A stretch of 39,092 nt of DNA from Candidatus Micrarchaeota archaeon (GTDB lineage: Archaea; Micrarchaeota; Micrarchaeia; Micrarchaeales; CABMGC01): NCBI GenBank assembly GCA_021791075.1, contig JAJYXH010000075.1:1-39092 (forward strand). The letters run 5' to 3'. Shown in pieces: positions 8,121-15,414 of this stretch. Positions within the stretch are counted from its first letter, which is position 1. Each line of letters starts with the position of its first letter. The notes below the pieces were generated by a model. It was not told the origin of the DNA. It saw only the letters and a program-made list of their open reading frames with translations, and made no database searches. The translations under genes and the position numbers were made by a program.

Positions 8121-9386
8121 TCAATCGGCATATCTCCGCGGCTTTACGGTCCTGGCATACTCCGAAAAAGAGCGTTCCAGGCCGTCGGTGGAGCCAATGC
8201 CTATTACCACCGTCTCGCCCGGCTTTGCGTCCATGATCTCGTTTACAAAGTCGAGCTCCTTCTTTCTGACCTCAGAGTGCGCCTCAGTGTTGGTGAAGGC
8301 CACACATCCGTATTTGTCGAAAAGACAGCTATGCTCCCTGGTAAAACCCTCATGACCGTTAATCTTTATGGCAAACGCCTTATTGTCTCCTTCAATGAGC
8401 CGCGATATCACATCCCCCCTGTTATTCACAAAGGCGCTTGTTACGTCGAAGATCCTCAGTTCGTCGGCAAGGCTATGCCTCTTCTTAATGTGTTCCGGTG
8501 CCTTTGACAGCCTCTGCTGCATAAATATGCCTGCGCTTAGAAGCACTGCTGCGGCAATATAATAGAGGTGCACCGGGGTGTCAAGAATCAAGGCAGAAAA
8601 GAGAATGGTAAGAAATGGCACTGCAAGTATGCTGTTGCCAATAAATAGGGGGCCAAAGGTCTTCAGGGCGTAGTAGTAGAGCGAGCTGCCGATCCCGTAG
8701 GCAGCTATGCCCAGGAAGAGTACGGCAATGATCACGCTCTCGTTAAGTGGCACCAACACGGAAGTTCCTGTGGCGAGGGCGATAGCCAAGATAAAAGCGA
8801 GCGATGCCATATTGAATATCGCTATCGCACCGAATACGTCGACATTGTACTTCTTCATTGCAAGGTTGGGATAGACCACGCAGAGCGCCGACCCAAGCAG
8901 TATGGCCACGTATGGCACCGACGAGGCATTTATGCTGAGCAAAGTGCCTCCCGTAGCAATGACATAGATGCCGGCAAACCCTATAATCGTGGCAAGAAGC
9001 TGGACCTTGGTTACCTTCTGCCTGAGCACTAGCGGCACCAGCACGGCAGACATTATCACCCACACCCTGAACACCGTAGCGGCAACGATCGGGTTTGTGC
9101 CGAGGGTGCCTACCCCGAGCATAAGCTGCGATATGACATTGTTTAGGAGCCCAGCAACGACTATTATCAGAAGAAATCTGCCGGATCTCAGTATCTTCAT
9201 AAGGCCGGCCATCCTGTCCACTGCATAGCTCACCACCAGTGACGTTATGGTTCCGATAAGGAAGGCGTAGAACAGCTGCGGCACCACGCCTATCCCACTT
9301 CCGCCTATGCTTAGCACGACGGGCAGCAGTGCCAGCTCCGTAAGGGCAAGCCCAAGTGCTATGAGCCCTCCGTATAATATCTTCAT
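8121..9386 (-). CDS. DMT/EamA-type permease fused to a ~125-aa soluble C-terminal domain
   Basis: 421 aa with an ATG start. About 10 TM helices in two halves, typical of EamA. From ~aa 300 (KKRHSLADELRIFDV...) the protein is hydrophilic. Confidence 0.75.
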   Translation of the reverse strand: MKILYGGLIALGLALTELALLPVVLSIGGSGIGVVPQLFYAFLIGTITSLVVSYAVDRMAGLMKILRSGRFLLIIVVAGLLNNVISQLMLGVGTLGTNPIVAATVFRVWVIMSAVLVPLVLRQKVTKVQLLATIIGFAGIYVIATGGTLLSINASSVPYVAILLGSALCVVYPNLAMKKYNVDVFGAIAIFNMASLAFILAIALATGTSVLVPLNESVIIAVLFLGIAAYGIGSSLYYYALKTFGPLFIGNSILAVPFLTILFSALILDTPVHLYYIAAAVLLSAGIFMQQRLSKAPEHIKKRHSLADELRIFDVTSAFVNNRGDVISRLIEGDNKAFAIKINGHEGFTREHSCLFDKYGCVAFTNTEAHSEVRKKELDFVNEIMDAKPGETVVIGIGSTDGLERSFSEYARTVKPRRYAD

Positions 9387-9504
9387 TTACCCCAGATGGG
9401 ACTTGGCTTTTAAGGCTTATAAACAAGAACTTTCTGTAAATCTTATTTACATATTCTTCAGATTTTGTAATAGGCCTTTTAAGGTTTTGGTCAGATATGT
9501 CATC

Positions 9505-10533
9505 ATGTATTTCACGAAGCAGGAGAAGGTTATCCTAAGGGAGCTGAGCTTCGACTCACGGGCTACGGTGACGCGCCTTGCGGAGGCAGCAGGATGCTCA
9601 AGACCAACTGCCATGAAGATCATCCAGAGGCTCTCCGAGAGGACTGATATGAGATTCACTCTGGAGTTGAACATGGAGAGGCTGGGCCTTGGCGAGAGGT
9701 ACCTTGTTGCCATCAGGTTCAGAAAGAAGCCTGGCGAGGAAGCCCTCAAGCAGTTCTTCAGGGAAGACAGGCATGCGCAGGACGTCTATCTTGTTAAAGG
9801 CGGATTCGATCTGCTCGTATTTGCGGTCTCCGGAACAGCAGTCGACTATATACGGTGGGAGACGCGCATCTCGGAAACGCTCTCGCAATACGGGCCAACG
9901 ATAATGCCCTCAAGGTATGTGCTCTCGCATTTCGGCTATCTGCCCATGGCAGGGTCCTTCACCGACTTTATCGGTGAAGACAGTAGACTTGATCAGACTG
10001 ACAGGCAGATGCTCGGGTTCCTGAACAGCAACTCACGGACGGGTTACAGGGAGTTGGGGTCGAAGCTCGGAATCACCGAAGCCACAGCCAGGTACCGGCT
10101 CTACAGCATGGTCAAGAGCGGGATCATAACGCGTTTTACTGTGGCTGTACAGAGTCCGGGAGAGGGATACAGCAGCATGGTGTACTTCATAAACTACACG
10201 TTCACCAAGACGACATCTTCTGTCGCATTCGCAAATGCCAGGAGCTGCTACTTTAGCGACGACAAGGAGATGCCGATGTTCAACACTTTTCAGGCGATCT
10301 TCCCGATAAGCGGGAGCTTCAGATCGTTTGGGATGGTGCTGTGCGAGAGCAGGAAGGAGGCCATGGAGAAGGCAGTGCGGAGGCACAGAAGGATATTCAG
10401 GAACGAGGGCATAAGGATGCTTTACGGAGAGCTGGTGAGGCCGATAAAGGGGCTCTTGCCGTTCAGGAGCCTTGACATAAAGTCAGACTACAGGACCATA
10501 AACTGGCACGACCCTGACTATCCCGGGGCATAG
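9505..10533 (+). CDS. Tandem-fused Lrp/AsnC-like transcriptional regulator (two HTH-plus-effector modules)
   Basis: ATG at 9505; the track ORF starts upstream inside the DMT gene. Module 1 HTH: QEKVILRELSFDSRATVTRLAEAAGCSRPTAMKIIQRL. Module 2 HTH: DRQMLGFLNSNSRTGYRELGSKLGITEATARYRLYSMVKSGII. Confidence 0.72.
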   Translation: MYFTKQEKVILRELSFDSRATVTRLAEAAGCSRPTAMKIIQRLSERTDMRFTLELNMERLGLGERYLVAIRFRKKPGEEALKQFFREDRHAQDVYLVKGGFDLLVFAVSGTAVDYIRWETRISETLSQYGPTIMPSRYVLSHFGYLPMAGSFTDFIGEDSRLDQTDRQMLGFLNSNSRTGYRELGSKLGITEATARYRLYSMVKSGIITRFTVAVQSPGEGYSSMVYFINYTFTKTTSSVAFANARSCYFSDDKEMPMFNTFQAIFPISGSFRSFGMVLCESRKEAMEKAVRRHRRIFRNEGIRMLYGELVRPIKGLLPFRSLDIKSDYRTINWHDPDYPGA

Positions 10534-10542
10534 GCCCTAAGT

Positions 10543-13500
10543 TCATCCCTTCGCTCTTGCCTTGATATTTGATATCTCGTCCAGCAAGTCCCTCGACTCG
10601 TTGTCGAGCATGTCCGGGAACTTGTATCTCAATGAGCGTTCGTTCTCGTCGTTCATGAAGGTGTACAGCGTCTCGTTCTCCCTTACCTGCCTGCCGAAGG
10701 TCACGTCCTCCATCGAGATGGCGATGCTCTCCCCAGCCTTCGACTCCTTGAGGCTTATCGCGTTGTCCTGCATCTCCTTGACCCTCCCGACTATCTCGCC
10801 GTGCTGGTTCATCAGCTGCCACGAGGGCCTCAGCCTTCCCCTCTCTACCTTCACCCCGAAGACCGCGGGATGTGAGACCCTGAAACAGCTGTTGGGGAGC
10901 ACCGTCAGCTTGCCCGGGAAGACCAGTGACTTCTCTATCGCCTCCTTGTCAATCTTCCTCTCCGCATCGGCCCACTCCTTGTAATCGTCAATTATCTTGT
11001 AGATTATGTTGCTGTTTATTACCCTAATCCCCGTTGCCTCACTCTCGGCCTTCGCCTCGTCGTCAAGCGGTACGTTGAACGCGAGCACGATGCCCCCGTA
11101 GGGGTCGCTCGCCTTCATAGTGTATGCGTCGAGCACGTCCCTCTTTGTCACCCTCCCTATCTCCTTCTTGCTTATGCTTATCTTCTCTGCTCCGAGGAGC
11201 CTCGATAAGGCCTCTATGCTCCCCATCGTGTCGGCCTTCAGTATGACCCCCGTCTTCTCCACGTCGAATATCTCGCTTATCTCCGACTTTATCTCCTGCT
11301 CGTAGTTCGGTATCTCGGTGGAGAGGACCAGCGACCCCGGAAGCGCTCCGTCGAGGTTGGACGCGCTTATCTTTATGCCTGAGGCGGCGCTCACGCTGTC
11401 TATGTAGTAGAACTTGCTCGACGACTCGCGCAGCTCCTGGAGCTCCTTGGGCTTGAGCAGCGCCTTTATCTTCGCCGTGTCTATCCCAGCCGATGTGGCG
11501 AACGCAATGGTGTCATTTACCTTTAGCGTCCCGTTGTAGAGTATCACGTCTATCGTTGACCCGAGCCCCCTGTCCTCCTTCTTCTCTATTATGTTGCCCC
11601 TCCCAGGCCCCTTTACCTCTATCTCAAGGCGCTGCTCCAGGAACCTCTGCGCCAGCCCGGTCGCGTACATGAGCAGCTCCCCGAGCCCCTCCCCTGTCTT
11701 GGCGCTCACCGGAACTATTATTACCTCCTTCTTGAAGTCCTTGACCCTGTCGAACCTCTCGCTGTTGAACCCGAGCTCGCTCAGCTTGCCCACGAGCCCG
11801 TAGATCTTGGCCTCGAGGTCGTTGACCACGTTGCTCCTCTGTTTCGAGATCGTCTCCGTGAATGAGTTAGTAGACTGGATCATCCATCCGGTTATCGCGT
11901 CTATCTTGTTCGCGGCGACTATGAAAGGGGTCCTGTACTCCTTGAGTATCTCTATCGCCTCGTACGTCTGGGGCTCGAAGCTCTTCGTGACGTCTACAAC
12001 GAGTATTGCAAGGTCCGCAACCGACCCTCCCCTCTTCCTCAGGTTGGTGAAGGCCTCGTGACCCGGGGTGTCTATGAAGAGGAGCCCGGGTATGGTGATC
12101 TTGATCCCGAACTTCTCAAGAAGCGGTCCCACTATCTTCTTGATCACGTCAAGGGGGACCTCGCTCGCTCCTATGTGCTGCGTAATGCCCCCTGCCTCCC
12201 TAACAGTTATCGTCGTGCTTCGGATCTTGTCGAGAAGTGAGGTATTGTGTACAATCAGGTTATTTGCCATAAAGTTATGGGTACCATCTACGGTAAAGTC
12301 ATACACTGAGAAGTCCCCCTTCAGGGATTCGGTACCGGTAACTGCAACTGTCTTATATGAAGAGAGCACCGAAGCGACTGGCAAGGCCGCTGTCTCATCG
12401 CTAAAGCCCAGTATTGTTCTGGCGGCGTATCTTGTCAAGTTATTCTTAGACTCATAATAGCCCAGGTCAAATCCGCGTCTTCCGTGTATGTTATACTGAC
12501 CCCTAAGTTCCTTCACGAACCTTCCGCTAAGCGGAGTCATGTCGAATATCCTGCTTGAAACTGCCTTTCCAATATTTCTATTAAGCTTCTCTGCCTTACT
12601 TGGCTCTGTAAAGCCAATGTTTTCTGCAAAGGCAGCAAGGTTTTCCAATCCACTTATGCTGATCTCCAGGGCAGTCCGTTTATATCTCTTTACAAAGTAT
12701 GACAGGCACCCGAATCTGTGTAGCAATGCGGGCAATTGCCTCATCAACACCTGACTCTCGCAGCTAACCCCTATGCTTCCGGTATAATTCTCTGACTCTG
12801 CGAACCCTTCAGCATCGAAGAAACCCTGAACAAACTTTCCGGCAAGGCTGTTGTCCGACATGCTTACTATATCGGGCAGTGCAAGTATCCTTGTCTTGTC
12901 CTTTTCCGGATAGTCAAACACAGCCACTAGAAACTTAGAGAAAGTCCTGCCCCCTTTGTGGTCGACAATATAAGATGTTCTGCGCCAGGCAGATGTTATG
13001 CCTATTCCAAAAGATTTTGTTAGGCACTTCCCAAACTTATCGATCAAGACTTGCGATGTATTGCTCAGTTTCGCCGAAGACCCGATCCCGTCACCGAACA
13101 ACAGCCCGACGGCATAATAAAGTGCCTCAAACTCCTCGCGCTCATGAGGGATCTTCAACCAGTATGATGTGTGACCTGCCCTTCTCTTTTTGGTGCTTGA
13201 CTTTATCGCGTCTATATTATCATAAATCTCCTCTTTGGGATACCCCATGAGAAAAAGAAGGCGCATCAGCACCGATGGCCGGTAGAATCCGCGCCTTAGA
13301 TGATTGTCAAGCGTGGCGTCACCTATCTCACCAGCGAGCTTGTACACCCTGCCACTGCAATAGCGCACGATCTTTTCGTTGAGGCCCTTCGATATCTTAA
13401 CTAGGAAGGTGTCTGGAAGCTTTTCTATTATGCGCTCCTTTATTCCGGTCAGATTCAGTGCTGAGGTATCTGTCTTCAAAGGCACCAATAGCAGATCCCC

Positions 13501-13878
13501 AGCGCGTAGCTCCTCTGCCTTCTTATACGCCGCCGTTCCATCCTCACAAAAGACTAGGAACTTATGCTCCGGAGTGGTCTTTATCTCATAACCTGCCTTT
13601 GTGGTAACGCGGATAAGTCGGTCTGCCTTAAGCTTCAGTACATGACTGACATCCCTGGGAGAGGCTTTACCCCACTCGTCTACCGAGACGAGCGCCATTC
13701 CAGAAGCCTTGTATGCTATGCCATCTGGCTGACTTATGGGGGATCCGTCATTAAAGGTATTGAATGCCGATTCTGCAGACATGATCCTTCCATCGCCTAT
13801 CTCAAGTAGGGTATCTCCGCTAACACATTTGCCATGGTCCACGTGGCCCATCACGCAAATTATCGGCTGACGTATCAT
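10543..13878 (-). CDS. infB: Translation initiation factor aIF5B (IF-2), interrupted by an intein
   Basis: P-loop GHVDHGK, then the intein, then TSLLDKIR. Also DTPGHEAF and NKID GTPase motifs, and a long aIF5B-type C-terminal region. ATG at 13878; the track start at 13887 is GTG. Confidence 0.95.
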   Translation of the reverse strand: MIRQPIICVMGHVDHGKCVSGDTLLEIGDGRIMSAESAFNTFNDGSPISQPDGIAYKASGMALVSVDEWGKASPRDVSHVLKLKADRLIRVTTKAGYEIKTTPEHKFLVFCEDGTAAYKKAEELRAGDLLLVPLKTDTSALNLTGIKERIIEKLPDTFLVKISKGLNEKIVRYCSGRVYKLAGEIGDATLDNHLRRGFYRPSVLMRLLFLMGYPKEEIYDNIDAIKSSTKKRRAGHTSYWLKIPHEREEFEALYYAVGLLFGDGIGSSAKLSNTSQVLIDKFGKCLTKSFGIGITSAWRRTSYIVDHKGGRTFSKFLVAVFDYPEKDKTRILALPDIVSMSDNSLAGKFVQGFFDAEGFAESENYTGSIGVSCESQVLMRQLPALLHRFGCLSYFVKRYKRTALEISISGLENLAAFAENIGFTEPSKAEKLNRNIGKAVSSRIFDMTPLSGRFVKELRGQYNIHGRRGFDLGYYESKNNLTRYAARTILGFSDETAALPVASVLSSYKTVAVTGTESLKGDFSVYDFTVDGTHNFMANNLIVHNTSLLDKIRSTTITVREAGGITQHIGASEVPLDVIKKIVGPLLEKFGIKITIPGLLFIDTPGHEAFTNLRKRGGSVADLAILVVDVTKSFEPQTYEAIEILKEYRTPFIVAANKIDAITGWMIQSTNSFTETISKQRSNVVNDLEAKIYGLVGKLSELGFNSERFDRVKDFKKEVIIVPVSAKTGEGLGELLMYATGLAQRFLEQRLEIEVKGPGRGNIIEKKEDRGLGSTIDVILYNGTLKVNDTIAFATSAGIDTAKIKALLKPKELQELRESSSKFYYIDSVSAASGIKISASNLDGALPGSLVLSTEIPNYEQEIKSEISEIFDVEKTGVILKADTMGSIEALSRLLGAEKISISKKEIGRVTKRDVLDAYTMKASDPYGGIVLAFNVPLDDEAKAESEATGIRVINSNIIYKIIDDYKEWADAERKIDKEAIEKSLVFPGKLTVLPNSCFRVSHPAVFGVKVERGRLRPSWQLMNQHGEIVGRVKEMQDNAISLKESKAGESIAISMEDVTFGRQVRENETLYTFMNDENERSLRYKFPDMLDNESRDLLDEISNIKARAKG
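12244..13827 (-). mobile_element. 528-aa intein with a LAGLIDADG homing-endonuclease domain, inserted in the aIF5B P-loop
   Basis: Starts CVSGDTLL directly after GHVDHGK. Block B TTPEHKF. LAGLIDADG motifs LLFGDGIGS and FVQGFFDAEGFA. Ends ...THNFMANNLIVHN followed by +1 Thr (TSLLD). Removing it gives a ~585-aa aIF5B. It looks more A+T-rich than the exteins. Confidence 0.92.
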
Positions 13879-14047
13879 CTTCTCCACTTCAGTATGAGTA
13901 CAATCTCAATTGCATACAAAATATATAAATAGACGGTAAAGTAGAGCTTATTGCCTGTGGTGAATTGATGATAAGCGTCAGAGCACGGTTAACATTATAT
14001 AAATCCTACGGCAGCATATAGTAAATTGATTTGATAGTGGCGAGTGT

Positions 14048-14593
14048 ATGGGCCAAGAACTGATATTCATAAAATACGACGGAATAGAGCGAAAGCTGGT
14101 AGGTACTGTGATAAGCAGGTTTGAGAATGCAGGATTCAAGATCGAGAAGATCAAGAAGGGCAGGATCTCAAAAGAGCTCTCAGAGCTTCTCTACCAGGAC
14201 TCCGAGACGCAGCTCAACGGCATGGGCGCAAAGACACTCAAGGCGATGACGGACAAGGGGGAGAAGGACAAGATAATGGAGATATTCAAGACCGAGGTGC
14301 CGTTCGAGATAGGCAAGCTGCTGAACACGTGGAACAGGCTCTATGCGACTTCATACGACGTGATCGCGCTCGTAATCTCAAAGGACGGCGATGCCGTTAC
14401 CGAGGCAAGGGCGATAGTCGGAAAGACCGATCCGTCGATCTCGCCCAAGGGCACGATACGTGGGGACTTTGCCGCGGACTCGATATACAAGGCGAACCTT
14501 GAGAAGAGGGCATGCCAGAACATAATACATGCATCCGACGTCGACACGGCGGAGATGGACGTGAAGAACTTCGAGGAGCACTTCTTCAGGTAA
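14048..14593 (+). CDS. ndk: Nucleoside diphosphate kinase, long divergent form
   Basis: 181 aa. NDK landmarks: IFIKYDGIERKLVGTVISRFENAGFKI, GTIRGDF, and NIIHASD (catalytic His). It has a ~30-aa insertion relative to canonical ~150-aa NDKs. Confidence 0.75.
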   Translation: MGQELIFIKYDGIERKLVGTVISRFENAGFKIEKIKKGRISKELSELLYQDSETQLNGMGAKTLKAMTDKGEKDKIMEIFKTEVPFEIGKLLNTWNRLYATSYDVIALVISKDGDAVTEARAIVGKTDPSISPKGTIRGDFAADSIYKANLEKRACQNIIHASDVDTAEMDVKNFEEHFFR

Positions 14594-14819
14594 GCCAGGT
14601 CTGCTTATGGCAAAGGAAAGGGAGATCATAATACTCGATGTGGACAAGGGAAAGTTGAAGGGGTCACAGGGAGCTGGGAGCCAGGCACACGGGAACCTAC
14701 CACTTCAAGAGGATTGAGTTCGTCTTTGGTGGGGACATAAAGGTCAAGCACTTCTGGGCAGGATAAGGACTGATGGAAAGGAGATCACGATCTATTGTAA
14801 AGGCAAAGCCATACTGCTC

Positions 14820-15125
14820 TCAGACCTGCATGCTCATCCTGACCTCCTCCGTTATCATCTCCGGGGTCCACGCGGGCTCCCATACCAGGTCTATGTTTAC
14901 CTGCCCCGCATCCTGGATATGCTCCAGCCTTAGCTGCACGTCGGCAAGGATTATGCTTGTGACAGGGCACATCGGGCTCGTCATGGTGAGCCTTATGCTG
15001 ATGTTGTTCTCCCTGTCTATGGTTATTCCGTGGATCAGGCCAAGGTCGACTATGTTTATCCCTATCTCAGGGTCGACGCAGCCTTTGAGCGCAGTTATTA
15101 CCTGATCGATCGTTATCTTCTGCAT
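14820..15125 (-). CDS. DUF59/MIP18-family Fe-S cluster assembly protein (SufT/PaaD-like)
   Basis: 101 aa: ...VITALKGCVDPEIGINIVDLGLI...LTMTSPMCP... This is the characteristic DPE-hxxxhV-LGLh and T-x-x-x-CP pattern. Confidence 0.85.
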   Translation of the reverse strand: MQKITIDQVITALKGCVDPEIGINIVDLGLIHGITIDRENNISIRLTMTSPMCPVTSIILADVQLRLEHIQDAGQVNIDLVWEPAWTPEMITEEVRMSMQV

Positions 15126-15229
15126 ACGTTAATACGCTTGGCCGTAACCCTTATTTTAACTTATCGTTGGCACTCCCCACGGCCTCTCATGGCCATACGC
15201 CAACTTCGGCACGAAGAACCAGGTCCAGG

Positions 15230-15367
15230 TCAGCAGCAAGTGCAGCCGCACTTTGCCTTCTTTCCGGCGCAGCAGCTGCAATCACAGCAGGGGCAGCAGT
15301 TCATGCAGCACTCCTCCTCCTCCTTGCTCGGCTTTCTGGACGTTCTTCGCACTGCCTTTTTCGCCAT
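15230..15367 (-). CDS. Unannotated 45-aa cysteine-rich (13 Cys) metallothionein-like peptide
   Basis: ATG at 15367 to TGA at 15230-15232: MAKKAVRRTSRKPSKEEEECCMNCCPCCDCSCCAGKKAKCGCTCC. It fills an otherwise empty ~290-nt gap. The overlapping plus-strand track ORFs look like antisense artefacts of TGC/GCA repeats. A TATA-like box lies 23 nt upstream. Confidence 0.55.
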   Translation of the reverse strand: MAKKAVRRTSRKPSKEEEECCMNCCPCCDCSCCAGKKAKCGCTCC

Positions 15368-15390
15368 ATTGTCAATTAACAGAAGCCAAA

Positions 15391-15398
15391 CTATTTAT
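15391..15398 (-). promoter_or_regulatory. TATA-like box (ATAAATAG) for the Cys-rich ORF
   Basis: 23 nt separate the box from the ATG at 15367, so it is centred ~27 nt upstream. That spacing fits an archaeal leaderless transcript. Confidence 0.35.
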
Positions 15399-15414
15399 GC
15401 GTTCCTTCCCTGCC

